Assembly (NCBI GenBank): GCA_012295275.1
Contig: CM022671.1
Location: 36,332,001-36,396,000 of the forward strand
Direction of reading: 5' to 3'
From: Chrysomallon squamiferum
Taxonomy: Eukaryota > Animalia > Mollusca
DNA: 64,000 nucleotides
Under the pieces are notes generated by a model, which searched no databases, was not told the origin of the DNA, and was given only the letters and a program-made list of their open reading frames with translations. A program made the position numbers and the translations under genes. Below, in pieces: positions 1 to 14,490 of this stretch. Within the stretch, counting starts at the first letter, position 1, and each line of letters starts with the position of its first letter.

Positions 1-642
1 GATAACGAAAAAAAATAAAAATAAATAACTACTACTAATAATAAATAAATAAAAATTAACGTAAAAACGAAAGTGATTAGGGATGGATGAAACATTCTAT
101 TTGAAATCGTATATACAAAGTCAGAAATATATGGGCAGAAACTAGACTCAGAATAAAATAGGTTTGAAAGAAGAAAAGACAGAAACTGAGGATTTTTATA
201 TTAAGGGTTTTTTTCGAGTGTTTTTTGTTTGTTTGGTAAATAAAATATTTCTTCATTTTCGTTATTATTATTATAAAATACATTTCATCTTAAAAAAGAA
301 AGAAATATGCACTTTTCAAAGTAATAAAGCGTATTTACAGTTACTTCAATAATTTTGTTTTAACAATAGTCAATGACTTTTACGAACGTTTATTTGTTTT
401 ATTTTATTTTACATCTGTTGCGTTTGATTTATTAGTACTGTAATAAATGTACAGCATCTGCAAGGAACTAGCTCCTTGAGGAAAATAAAAATAAAATGAA
501 ATTTAATCCATTTTGTACATTTCCTCCTTTACAAATAATGAAAAATCCACCACAGTAACTAAGCCTTAGTTATTATTATTATTAGTTTATTTATTACTTA
601 CTTTACTGATAAGTTGTGTAATTTATTGTCAATCTGTTTTAG

Positions 643-3600
643 GATGAATATGGGACAGCTGCGTACAAAACTGTTGAACTCGACACACTTCTTGATGACG
701 TTCCCATACAACATCGTGAAGTTCAAGGTCACGAATCAGAACTTTTCAAGAGTTACTTCCCTGCAATCACGTAAGGCCTCTCTCTCTCAACAGAATTTCG
801 AAAATTTTATGTTTGATGTTTAAAATCATAGTGGGCGTAATTATTAGTAAAAATTTCTTATAGTTTTTCTTTTTTAAAAATAGTTTTACCTTTTACATTT
901 TCTAATAAAAACAAAACAAAAAAACAAACAAACAACGAAAGCAATAATTATGAATAAGAAAAACAACATCATATTACCAACATATTAATATTTTGATTAA
1001 AAAAAAGAATAATAAAAACGAAATATTTAATGATATAAATTGTACAGGAATCTGAATCTGAATTGTTTTAGCATACTGGAGGGAGGGGCTGAAAGCGGGT
1101 TCAGACACGTCAAACCGGAAGAGTATAAACCCAGACTGTTTCATTTTCATGGCGACAGGAAGCACGTTGACGTGAAAGAGGTAAATAAATTATGAAGAAA
1201 AAAAAAATGAAAGAAGAATAAAAAAAAAATTCTTCTTGTATTTTCTTGGAAAATAAGAAGTCACACACGTGAAAATTTTGAAAATTAACTTTGTTTCTGT
1301 ATTTGATATTCAGTTTCTATAAAAATCTTGTATTCATTAAATATTCAGGTTCCAAGAGCTAAAAGCCGATTGGATAGAACTGATGTGTTTATTCTGGATC
1401 TAGGTTTGAGAATAATTCAGTGGAACGGAAGTGGATCTAACAAAGATGAAAGATTCCGAGTAAGAGTTTCAGTAGCTCGTTAATTTATTTTTTTCTATTT
1501 ATTTATTTATTTATTTTATATATATAAAAAATACTTTTTTCTTTGTATTTAATTAATTATTTTATTTTCATTATTATTATTATTTTTTATTTATTTAGTG
1601 TGTTTGTTCTTGGGGATTCACCAGTGTTAGTGTAAAGTGAAAGTTTTGTTATTTTGTGCAGTTTACATAATAATGTTTTCAACTGGCACTGTTGTATTAA
1701 GAAATTGTTAAAAAAAAAAAAAACAATAACGTTACTTTGTTCTCTATCACTGGTATATGAGAAATGGTATATAATTTAATATCTATTTTTGAAACGATAA
1801 AAGATGCTGGTAATTAGTGTGAGTAATCAATCTTATGGTAACCATAGCTGCACAAACATATGTAATAACTGAACTATGCAAAGCATATTTACACTATGTA
1901 ATTAACTCATATCTACATACTTGGTTTGTAATGAACTCATATCATTCATATGTGATTTCTTGTTTATCATTCATAACCAATATGATGGTTGGTTTCCACA
2001 CTCACATCATCATTAGAATAGATTTAAAAATAATAAAAATAATTTTAAACATTTGCTGCAGGCGTCCCAGTACCTGATTGGTCTGGTACAAGAGAGGAAT
2101 GGAAGAGCTAAGACTGAAGTAATAGATGAAGATGGGAAAGACTCTGATGTAAGATTTTTTTACATTCTTACTTAACTGTGTGCTGTTCTGTATGTGTTCT
2201 ATATGTGTTCTATGGTATCACATAACTGTTGTATGGTATTATGTGTTGTATGGTGTCATGGAAGTGTTGTATGATATCATGTAAATGTAAGCTATCATGT
2301 GTTGTATGGTACTGTGTATGTGTTGTCTGGCATCACGTAAGTGTTGTATGATATAGTGTATGCATTATATGGTTTCATGCATTGTTGTATGGTATTGTGT
2401 ATGTGTTGTATGGTATTGTATGTGTTGAATGGTATCAGGTAAGTAATGTATGGTATTGTTTCTGTTGTTCAGTATTATATGCATGCAGAAAATTGTGTTT
2501 ATGTTGTTATCTTTTTTACACCTACCACATTGTTATGTGTTGAATTAAAATGCCACACATTATCTTCCATACTGTCACTTGGAAGAACACAGTTTAACGT
2601 GAAACCTGTTAAACTGATAATACTTAGTTTTAGTTCTACATGAAAAATAAGAAATAAATTTAACTTATCTGCAGACTCGAAGGAAAAAGGTAAATTGATT
2701 TATTTCCTTCCTTTTACAAAAATAGCCAGATTTACTTCTTTTTTTTTTTTTGTTTTGTTTCATTTTTTTTTTTTTTTTTTTTTTTGTTGTTGTTTTATGT
2801 TTTACTCCACTCTTTGTTTGCAGTGCATGCAGGTAATAAACATTTTTCTTGATCATTAAACTCTTTGAATGCATGGTAAACAACACTGAAATACAATCTC
2901 CAGCTTATTTTAATTTCTGTTTCCAGTAGTGCGTGTACTTGTAGAATTACACTTTTTGGTTTGTTTTGCTTGTTTAAGTCTCAGAATGGCTGTCATTGTG
3001 ATGGTTTCTTGGATCAGTTTTTTTCAGTTTTTAAAATTATAATAATAGGTGTTTTTTTTAAAGTTGTCTTTGTATAAAACACGCTTCAGGATATTACTGA
3101 GCAGAATTAAAGATTTATTTTTATTATTTAATTAAAAGTTTTTTTTTTAAATGTTTTACAGAATTCAAATTTAAGTAATTGTTTTTGATATTGTTTATCT
3201 GTATGAATATGTGTATTGTTGAACACACCTGAGATTAAGGTATAGCAATGTATTAAAATAAACTTTTAAATAGATTCTAGATTCGAATGTTTTCTAACAG
3301 CTACTTCAGTGATAGTTTTAATTATGTTTTTTCTCAAGCATGGTGGCCTTTAAAGGTCAAACAACTGACTGTTTGATAGTTTTAACTGCAAGATGCTATT
3401 CTTAGCATTGAACAGGAAGTTAATATAACAATAATACTTCTAATCTCATCACTGACTTTCCTGATGTCATGACCTCAGTAACCATGCAAATCTTGACACT
3501 GATTTTCTAAGAGATGTTTACATAATAGAAAAATATCTTACAGCCATAAACAAATTATGAAATCACATCTTCTTTTTACTTATTTTTCAAGATCTATCCT

Positions 3601-6565
3601 GCTATTTGTAATAGTAAATGTCTAAGGATATTTTATAATTCATTTCTTTAAAATCCTTTTTATTTGTCAATATTTCACCATATTATAATTTCAATAGTAG
3701 GTTATTATAAACTAAATGTAAAATTAAAAGCTGTTTTAAAAAAACAAAACCAAATATATAAAAATAAATATTGTTTTTACACAAGAATAATTAAATAAAA
3801 CTACTCATATTTGCTCTTTAAATTATGACATGGTTTTAAATGTTATTTAGTTAATTGTGACATTTTTTTATACATTATTAAGTTAAACTGTGAGAAAGTT
3901 TTAAATGTTTAGTTAAATATTTTAATTGTAACATGTCATATTGTAAACTGTGACATAGTTTTACTATTTAGTTAAATTTAGAGTTTTTATATATGCATTA
4001 TTATATTATCTGTGAACTATGTATTGACACAAGAGTGTAAATAAGTTATTACACATATGATTTTACACTTCTAGTTAAATTGTCACATATATTATTTTAT
4101 AATATCAGTATGTATATATAGTTATAATAACAAACTGTGATGTAATTAAATATATGTTATGAAGTCAAAGTGTGAGATATATGTTATAATAGCAGTGTGA
4201 CATAGTTAAATCTTGACATATACAGTGTTATAAAATCAATGTGATGATGTAAAACATTGAACTGTATAGTATAATAATAACAGTGTTACATATATATTGT
4301 TATAATATTAAATCTTGACATATACAGTGTTATAAAATAAATCTTGACAACAGTGTTAAAACTGTGTGATGATTTAAAACTTTGAACTGTATATATTGTT
4401 ATATGTTATAATATTAAATCTTGACATATACAGTGTTATAAAATCAGTGTGATGATATAAAACTGTGAACTGTATAGTATAATAACAGCAGTATTACATA
4501 TATGTTATAATATTAAATCTTGACATTACACAGTGTTGTAAAATCTGTGTGATGATTTAAAACTTTGAACTGTATAGTATAATAACAGCAGTATTACATA
4601 TATGTTATAATATTAAATCTTGACATTATACAGTGTTATAAAACTGAACTGTATAGTATATATACATATACAGTGTTATAAAATCAGTGTGATGAAGTTA
4701 AACTGTGAACTGTATAGTATAATAACAGCAGTATTACATATATGTTATAATATTAAATCTTGACATATACAGTGTTATAAAATCAGTTTGATGAAGTTAA
4801 ACTGTGAACTGTATAGTGCTATAATGACAGAGTGGGTATGTTTTTGCTGCAGGCTGAATTTATGAAATTTCTCACTGAAGAGGACTGTGAGGACACAGAA
4901 AAGCAGTATGAGGCAGCTGACACATGTAAACAACTGTTCAGGTCAGTTTGATAAGTAAAACGTACTTCACAGAGAGTGGAGAAAAAGTAGGTTGGGATGA
5001 AAAAGTAACTGTATTGCTCCACAAGGTATTAAAAAATAAATAAATGTAAGTTTATCTTTCATACAGCTGAATATGTATTGTGTTGTTCAGACTTTGATGT
5101 TAAACAATTGCTGCTAGTTTTTTTACTTACATTAATTACTGCTATTTATCATTTTCTGTTAAACAGTTAGCTAGACTGATGGTAAACATTACTGTTATGT
5201 GTCAGACTGATGTTTAACTATTTATTTTTAACTCATGTTAACCAATTACTGTTATTTTTCAGATTGATGTTAAACAATTACTGTTATTTTTCACTCTCAT
5301 GTTAACAAATTACTGTGTTATTTTTCACTGTCATGCTAAACAGTTACTGTGTTATTTTTCAGACTCTGATGTTAAACAATTACTGTGTTATTTTTCACTC
5401 TGATGTTAAACAATTACTGTGTTATTTTTCACTCTGATGTTAAACAATTACTGTGTTATTTTTCAGACTCTCTGATGCTAGTGGCAGTTTGCAGTTTTCT
5501 CTGGAAAAAGAAGGCACTGTTACCAAAGGTGACTTTGACAGCAAGGTACAAATTTTATTGATATTACTTAACATAAACAACGACAAATTAAAAAAATAAA
5601 ATAAAATAATAAAATAATAATAATAATAAATAAATGAATAATAAAAAATGAAAATCCCAGTAAAAATAAACAAATTAACGAAGGTATGTAAAAAATCTAA
5701 ATTGTTTTTGTAATAATTTTTACTGTACATTTCCTCATGCTGTAATAATACTGTTTATATATCCAGTTTGATTCACATTCTCTGTTGTTACTATATATTT
5801 ACTTTCTGTTATCAGGATGTGTTTATCTTTGACACAAAGCAGCAGCTCTTTGTGTGGATAGGTAAACAGACAAGTCCAGAAGAAAAGAAGAATGCACTTG
5901 TTTATGCTCACGTATGTACATAGATCAGACTAGACAATGTTATAATTCAGACATGTTGTTTTTGTTCATCCTCCCTGGTAGCTAGAATCTCACAAAACTC
6001 TTTTACAAAACATAGTTTTCTGTTTATTAGAAGGTGCACATATTATCCCAAATTTGGTGAGAGTGGTCCATAGTTTTTCTTTAGCTTTTCCTAGTAAAGG
6101 TGAACAGACATCATGTTTGTGGGTCATTTGTATGTACACTGATATAGATATAAATCAGTTACATGGTGTTTTATATAATACATTTAGAATGTTTTTTGTT
6201 ATCAACACAGATAACTTTAAATATGTTTTAATCATTTATGGAAATAAGCATGATGAAAATTACACTAAAATTCTGTGTTTATTAATTTTGAATCTTGAAC
6301 ATAGTAGAAAAAGTACTATAGAATATTAAAACTGCTAGAACATCTCACCCATTGCTCAGTGATTATTCTCAGGTGTTTTGAGTTATAAAAATAATGACAC
6401 ACAAAACATTTTGCTGTTGATTTTTAAAATTATCATATTTATTAAATTTCTATAATTTTCTGATTTTAGAAATATCTGATGAAGTCAGATCATCCACTTG
6501 TACCAGTGAGCTGTCTGAAGGAGGAAAGACCAAACCACGCGTTCCTCAGTGCCATCGCAGCCTGA
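643..6565 (+). CDS. Gelsolin-like (three-domain severin/fragmin-type) actin-severing protein, paralog A; 5' exons lie upstream of the window
   Basis: Phase-consistent GT-AG exons 643-770, 1072-1180, 1349-1459, 2062-2148, 4853-4941, 5467-5545, 5816-5911, 6470-6565 (TGA). Translation has gelsolin hallmarks: [14 protein letters not shown]...[72 protein letters not shown]...[14 protein letters not shown]. Confidence 0.95.
2170..2465. repeat. Degenerate short-period intronic tandem repeat (tgtgttgtatggta-like)
   Basis: Repeated gttgtatggta / tgtatgtg motifs immediately after the donor at 2149. Confidence 0.75.
4190..4822. repeat. Intronic minisatellite, about 120-bp composite unit
   Basis: Recurring 'ttaaatcttgacatatacagtgttataaaatc...gaactgtatagtataataacag' blocks ending about 30 nt before the 4853 acceptor. 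Confidence 0.85.
5150..5476. repeat. About 36-40-bp tandem repeat that contains copies of the 3' splice site
   Basis: Units 'gttaaacaattactgtgttatttttca(g/c)actctgat'; the last unit supplies the true acceptor at 5465-5466. Confidence 0.85.
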
Positions 6566-7396
6566 GCCAGAAACACTGAAACAATTTATTTTTAACCGTT
6601 GATCTTTGGTGAAATGTTTATCATTATGTTCATTGGTACCCTCGCAACTTGAACTAGATAAACAGAAACATTTTATCTTTAACTGTGAACTTTGGTGAAA
6701 TGGTTATAATTATGAAACTATTATTAACTTGTGAATTAAATTGCAATTCTAACATCATTGTCTTATGATATTGTTAAAACACTTTTAAAATGTAAAACAA
6801 CTTGCTATATACTGTTTCACTGGTAATCACGTTTTGAAAACATTTTATTATCTTGGTTGGGGAGATGAAAAATTTATTAATTTGTCTAGTTGTTATTAAT
6901 TCTTTTTGTTTCTGGTATTTTACAAATTTTGTTAATAGAAAACAACTCCTGTTTTCAGTTTGTTTATGGAAATCTTGTAATGAAAACCATGAGCCAACAA
7001 TGACTTTTAGATGTCATAATAAAAACAGATTATAACATCACACTCAACGTTTTTAGGTTGGTTGCTCAAAGAATATATTAGAACAAGAAATCAAATAGTT
7101 GGAAAAATACATTTTTAATATTACATACATACATTTTAAATTGTTCTCCTGTACAAAAATATATAAATGCCTTGTTATGAAGAAAAAGAGAAATAAATGT
7201 TTTTAATCTACAGATTTTATGTTGTGGATAGCAAATCAGTTAAACCTGCTGATGTGACACATCTGCAGTGAGGGATATTTTATGTGTAACATTTCACAGA
7301 CAACAAACTACATATCACTTTTCAGAAACCATTGTTCTTCTTCTGACTAACAATGATAACACACTCTGTTTTCATCTACTTTTCAACTACAAGACA

Positions 7397-9622
7397 TCAG
7401 GACAGACAAGGCAGGTAATGTTGTTGTGTTGTTCGGATGATGTCACTGTTGGTTTCAAGTTTGCGCAGACAGTAGACAAAAGCTGTTCTGTGTAGTTTGG
7501 AGTACTCGTACGTCTGATGAACTTCTTCCAGGAGAAAAAACTCATGAACACCTCGGTCACTATCTGAATGTTAAAATAATCTGATTCCTTATAATAACCA
7601 GTATGTGAACCTGTTACCTGATAGCTCGTTAACTGGCAGGTTTTTTGTTACAAATGTTTTGGGTATCAAAGTTTCTGTGATTACATAATATGAGGTACTC
7701 TATGAGTTTTATGATATCATTTTTTGTGTTACTGTTTTTATTATTTATTATTATTATCATTTTAAAATTATATATAGTAAAAGAAACATATTTACAGTAT
7801 TCAAAACTATCTCAGATTAGAAGCATGATATAAAAATAAAAGTTGTAAGCAGTTATAAATGATGTAAACCTAATTATAAAATATGTTCTATACTAGACAC
7901 AGTTTTATGTTAACAGTGAATCAATCTGTAACAACACAAAACTACATTAGTTGTCACAGTCCTGCAGTTCATGCTTGTGTTAATTTAACAGTGTGTGTGT
8001 CTGCAGATACCAGATATCAAACCAGATAGATAAAACATTTCACTTTAAAACACACCGTATAATGCTGTTTACTTCTAGCTGGCTACAGATGACAGAATAT
8101 CAACTCTCACTGTATATTTAACAAGATCATTAAAATAAAGCTAAATAAAGCTAAATGAAATCAAAACTCATTACAAAATAATCAAAATGAAATAGTAATA
8201 TTATTTAGAACATAGTAATAGGAATGTTTATTAAGAAAAATATATTTTTAGTTTTTTCTCCAGACAAATGTTTACATATTTGTGTAAAATTAACTCACAT
8301 TGTTTCTTCTTTGTTTCTCTGCTAAGAATTTCAAGTATAAGCTTATCAAGTTGACATTCATTCAAAAGGACCTGAAATTTAAAAAAACACAATAAGTTAA
8401 TAATTTCTTTTGACAAGTAAATTATTTAATGATTTTAAAGTAATAGCAATGATCTTGATGGCATTTACAACATCTCTATCTCACTTATACATATAGAGAC
8501 AAACATAAAGAAACAAACACACATAGACATATACACACACAGTTGCTGATACTACTGTAAATGCCTATTATGATACATAAATGTCCATATTTAATGATCT
8601 GAATATAGAAAAAAAACTTGTAATAGAGTGCATGTGTAGATGACTATGCTTTCCTTTCAGAGTCATATTGCAGTAAAGCAGTTAGAAAGTGAATTGCACA
8701 AAACATTAGCAAACCTCATAAGAGTTTTTATCTTGTCTGTGACAGAGCCAGCCATTTTCTTCTTCTATGTATTTCAGAGAACAAGCTACCAGAGAATCAG
8801 AATTCTTAAAGACAAAAATAAAGTGTTTTCACTCATTGAGTTTGTAGTCTGACTGTAAAGTGAACTAAATACAACATTTTTACTTAAAGGTTAATTAAAG
8901 GTAACATAAACAAGGAGTTAAAAAAATGATAAAAAAGATTAAGTTTTTTTTGTATCCCTGAATTAACAAAAGGTTAACTAGAATACTATGCATCAGTTGC
9001 ACATTATACTATATTGTTTTGAGATCTGCTCAGATGGTGTTAGAAGAATTCTATTTTTAAAACAAGTTTCCTGTTTTTCATTGCTTTTCCTCCCTTAGTC
9101 GCATCAGATACACAGTTATATCTTTTGATAAACTCACTTGCAAATGACGAAAAAAGTTCTTCTATTCTCCTGATTTCACAAGAACAAAATAAGTAATTAT
9201 AGAGTTAATAATCTGATATTAAATGGCAACAGTAGTTATAAGAATGTGCTATTTTTCACTGCAAGTTTGGGCTATCCTGTTTATGGGTAGGTATTTTTAA
9301 AAGATACAGCAGAGCTAATAGTAGGAAAAGTTAATGTAGTTGATATATTTTATTTTTGTTTGCTTATTGGTCTTTCAAACAGATGTTTGGCAAATGTATT
9401 AAATAAAACACTACTTCTTTTATACAGAGACTTATGAGTGTATGTATGTGATTATAAAGGTGTTATACTTACACTAAAGTGACAGTTCTGTTTTAACACA
9501 GTCTGTATCTGTGGTAGTGAGGTCAACTCTTCTACTGTTACCAAGTGAAATGATGATGTTCTCATCAAGTAGGTCTTAATCAAGTCTGAAAGTTCCTTGA
9601 TAATACTTGACTGAAAATCAGT

Positions 9623-9660
<38 letters not shown>

Positions 9661-11495
9661 TAACAGCCATCATAATCATTGTTGTTAAAATCACAATGCT
9701 ATAGTACAATAATAAAATGAAGGTGTATTACACCATATATGCAATGCTAGTTTAACAATGAATTATAATAGGGAATGATACACTGATATCTTACCATTGA
9801 TAGATTAGATCCAAATGCATTCTGATTGGTTTATTCAGTTTCTCTCAACCAATAGCAAAGACTGTTTTACCCAGAGAAGATAATATATTGGTACTACTAT
9901 AGGATAATAATCAGATTACACATACTGTTATCTGCATATTTAAAAAAAAAAAAGTATTTAATATTATCTTCACCAATTTCTTTTTTTTCAATTTTAAATA
10001 ACAAATATACTTACCTTACTTTTTTGACCAGTTTCTTTCTCCTTGGCCTGTATTTCCAAATACTGTCTTACTTTGTATGGCAGTTTGAATGGCTTGTCAT
10101 AATTCACTCTGTACAACACTGGCAGCATCATCATCCGCTTCACTTCAGCTGCAGGGTTGTCTATTTTAACTGTTCTGTGTTGAGGAACATCGTACACTAA
10201 TTCTGTCATTCTTTCACAAACAGTACATTCATGACAAGTTATCATTTTTGTTTTCTCTTTAATCTTGGATTAACATGATGTATTTTTCAACAGCAAACCC
10301 TCCACTAAATGTCACTTCTGTGTGATTAAGACACTAGAAATGTTTAGAGAATATAAAATCAAATCTGACATAACTCAGTAAATGTTCTACATCATTTAGT
10401 GGGATACAGTTCTTGTAAAGTTATCAGTATTAGTTAAGTAGATAACCAAGTCACTTAATGTGTGAATGATATTTTATGAAAATACAATCTGGTAAGAATC
10501 AGATATTTAGAAGATGTTATTACAAGTCAAATAGTGTGAACACTACTTTGTGAAAGGATACTGTGATATGATGCAGATATTTCTTTCCTGTCTCGAAATA
10601 CTTTTATTTTTCCTCGAATGTTCACCAGATCACCGAGTTCATATTGGACTACTTTATTCCTCTCAATTTCCTTTGCTTTGGTGTGTAAAGACGTTGGCAA
10701 ATTGTTTAACTTCTCAGCTGTATGTAAACCAAACACAGAATACCAGCAGTGATAAAGTGATCAGTTATCCATTAATGTTTCCAGTGACACAATTAATGTC
10801 CTCATAGTTAAACTCAGCTGTTACTTATCAGTTAATGTTACATGTCTCATGCTAGTATCTGTATTCTCACAAATAAATGTAACTCACATTTCACTACAGT
10901 TAACTTTAGTATCCACACCTCAAACATTTCACTACGGTGTACTTTAGTATCCACACCTCAAACATTTCACTACAGTGTACTTTAGTATCCACACCTCAAA
11001 CATTTCACTAATGTGCTTTAATATCCACATCTCAAACATTTCTCTACAATGTACTTTAGTATCCACACCTCAAACATTTCACTACAGTGTACTTTAGTAT
11101 CCACACTTCAAACATATCACTACACTGTACTTTAGTATCCACACCTCAAACATTTCACTACAGTGTACTTTAGTATCCACACTTCAAACATTTCACTACA
11201 GTGTACTTTAGTATCCACACTTCAAACATTTCACTACACTTTTAGTATCCACACTTCAAACATTTCACTACAGTGTACTTTAGTATCCACACTTCAAACA
11301 TTTCACTACAGTGTACTTTAGTATCCACACTTCAAACATTTCACTACAGTGTACTTTAGTATCCACACTTCAAACATTTCACTACAGTGTACTTTAGTAT
11401 CCACACTTACCTCAAACATTTCTCTAAAAGAACACAATCTTATAATTTCTGTTTCCTTACATATTTAGGATTTCAATTTTTACTTTTTAAAGGTA

Positions 11496-11562
<67 letters not shown>

Positions 11563-12343
11563 AGGCTGGATTTATATGCTATCTGCAACATTTTATGCTA
11601 AAACAGGACAAATTTATATATTTAATAAAATAACAAAAATGTCATAAATTTATACATTTAATAAAATAACAAAAATGTGAAAGTTTATATAGTTAATAAA
11701 ATAATAAAAGTGTGACATGTATTAATGGAATCACATATTTTTATTTCATTATTTATACATGTACCTCATAAAACCAGACACTGAGTTTTTAAACATAATT
11801 TAGACAAGTAATATTTACAGGTGTCACCCACTTACAACTGTTAAATCCTTTTTCACATATTTACACATTTTATGACTGTTAAATATATTTATGACATAGA
11901 ATATTTATATACAAATCACTATTACCTGAATGTGTGGTTGGGGTGTTTCTTGTTTGTTTTATTGGTTAAATTATAAACTTCTCTGATGTCATTTACTATT
12001 AGAATCATGATTCAGTAGTTGCTTGGAATATTTATATAATTCTATTTTTTGATGTTTTTGTTTAATAATTAAATTTGAACTGTATTTACTGAATGTATTG
12101 GTATACCAGATATACATCACTCTATTTCATTATCTCACATTTCAAGTGAACCATCTTCTTTTTTGATCAGATTTATAATTGTAATTGTGATTTAAAAAGC
12201 TTACCTGAAAACTTGTTATCCTCATTTTTCCAACATGTGCAAGAAATAACACCTGTTCCATCATCAACTTGAAAAAAACAAACAAGTTTTATATAAAGAA
12301 AAAAGAGATACCTTTGTGATCTTTTAAATATGATCAATTTTTG

Positions 12344-12397
<54 letters not shown>

Positions 12398-13306
12398 GGA
12401 ATGAGACATATCAAAACTGAGATCACATAAATTAGTCTGTCTCGTTTTTATGAACATCTTTAAATAAATAAATAAATGTTTTAAATAAATAATTGTTTTC
12501 TATTATGTTGAGAAGCTTTTACCAATTTTTACATCATAAATTGTCACATAAAAAAACTGATCTCTATAAATATGTAAGTTTCTTTAAGAATTCATGTGAT
12601 GTTACAACTGTATTTTCACTGTAAACAACAATAACAGTTGTTTATTTTAATACTCAGGACTGTTGTTTCAGTGTTCTAAAACAGAATAAATACTTGCATT
12701 CTACAAGGGTCTGACGCTTGGTATTTATGAGACAGAACGTTTGCTAACAATAAAAGACAGCGTTAACATAACACGTCTGACATATTCACGTGCAGAATTT
12801 TACGTAGAGCAAACACAGTTAAGACTGAGTAAATACGTATTGCTGTATCCTCAGTCTATAATGGATTTTTGTTTTACATTTTTATAAACGAAATTATGAA
12901 AAATTAAAATGGATTCTTATTTCATTATCATACTGTTACAATTGATTTCTGGAAAGAGCAATGATTATAACAAGAAATTATTATCTTTACAGCAAATAGA
13001 TTAATTAACATTTCAGTGTGATGTTTATTAAATAAAATGATAAAAATGAATACCTCCATACAAAAACAGTTTTAATAACATTTTGATACGATAGTTATTA
13101 AATAAAATGTTTAAAATTAATACCTCCATACATAAACAGTTTACTTCTTTCCTCTACTCTGACAACAACACCCACAATGTCTACTTTGAAAATAGGATGA
13201 TCCTTGTAGGCAAATGTTCCTGAAATAACAAATCACAGAATGTTAAGTCAGTGAATTAGAAAAATAACATTCAGAGTCCATGTCACAACAATGCTTTTGT
13301 GCAATG

Positions 13307-13345
<39 letters not shown>

Positions 13346-13829
13346 TTATTAAAATGAAATTCATTTGAACATGAGTCCTTATTTTCGAGAAATCTTAGAT
13401 CTGTCTATGAGTTTTGATATTTTTGCCATTATTTTAATAAAAGTACAGATAAATTCTATTCAGTTTCAGTTGGGTTGGGTTGTTTTTTTGCTAAATGGGT
13501 TAGACACTACTTGAACAGTAAGAAACTCTAAAAGTGGTTTGCCTTTTCTATCATTTAACTTCATATAATGTTGTTTAATATTTAGTCTGGAAATATCTAT
13601 TTAATTAATTGAGAGAGAGAAAAAATGTTCTATGTTTCTAAGTGTTATTCAGTTTGTAGTTTGGTAAAGTGTGTATGTTTTACATACCTTCAATTACTGG
13701 ATATTTTTCACACTCTAAAATATCTTTTATGTACATCATGTTGAAAGTTCTAAATAAGTAGTCTAAGCCCCAGAGATGTCTGTCTGTGTACTTAAACACT
13801 GGCACACTGGAATCTTCAGCCTCCATCAT
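7397..13829 (-). CDS. STN1: CST complex subunit STN1 (OBFC1), 359 aa
   Basis: Minus-strand exons 13829-13688, 13219-13124, 12267-12205, 10717-10562, 10169-10015, 9610-9473, 8804-8715, 8371-8299, 7563-7397 (1080 nt, phases consistent). The protein has LWGLD..F...YIKDIL, HPIFKVDIVGVVV, YGVDDGTGVISCTCWK, LGDLVNIRGKIKVFR..KEI, LPVLYR..YDKPF and C-terminal LETNSDIIRTTQQHY, matching the vertebrate STN1 OB fold plus winged-helix layout as I recall it. Confidence 0.93.
10170..10561 (-). other. U12-type (minor spliceosome) GT-AG intron in STN1
   Basis: The 5' end reads GTATCCTTT (U12 consensus). A branch-like TTCCTCAAC (10187-10179) lies just upstream of the terminal CAG with no polypyrimidine tract. 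Splicing gives in-frame ASYH-IKIDNP. Confidence 0.85.
10888..11422. repeat. 38-bp minisatellite, about 13-14 copies, in an STN1 intron
   Basis: Unit tttagtatccacac(c/t)tcaaacatttcactacagtgtac repeated head-to-tail with no unique spacers. Confidence 0.95.
12349..12395. repeat. (TG)n microsatellite
   Basis: Direct reading. Confidence 0.95.
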
Positions 13830-13901
13830 TCCACCACCTGCAGCATTCCTTCACTCTACAGTCAAATACATTTACCTATTCATATGAACGTTTTGCTTGT
13901 T

Positions 13902-14018
<117 letters not shown>

Positions 14019-14181
14019 AAACTATTTATTTGCCCCAGGGGTGTCGTTAAACATTCATTCATTCATTTATTTGCCCCAAAAGTGGCCGACATTTGACCCT
14101 GATTTTATAAATAATACTGTACCGTGTTTTTACTGGGTGTACTTGAAATGAAAATTATTATAATTTTAAGAAATATATATA

Positions 14182-14228
<47 letters not shown>

Positions 14229-14490
14229 ACATGGTACAGTTAAAATCTAACGTTTGCTGAAAGGATGTTGTCTAATAAACCTGGTTACATAGACTGTAAA
14301 TGTAACTAAATATGGTAGGAACATCAAGATCAAAATGTAAATACGTTTCTTAACTTTCTTGTGCTATCTTGGTATTTTAATAATATATGTATTTACATTA
14401 TTATACAAAATAAATCAAATCTAAAACCTAATATGACAAATATCTGGATCTATTCACTTCAAGAATAAGCAGGAACGAAATTATACTTAC

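Noticed and set aside
9040-9175. Alternative candidate STN1 exon (minus strand)
   Set aside because: The phase does not fit and it has no STN1 similarity. Exon 8804-8715 fits both.
10888-11422. 38-bp repeat array resembling CRISPR in unit size
   Set aside because: Units are contiguous with no unique spacers, there are no cas genes, and it lies in a eukaryotic intron. The same applies to the 31-bp and 52-bp arrays.
11411-11423. Possible 13-nt STN1 micro-exon (minus strand ttttag|AGAAATGTTTGAG|gtaagt)
   Set aside because: Flanking exons join in frame without it and 13 nt would frameshift. At most it is a poison exon, and there is no evidence without RNA data.
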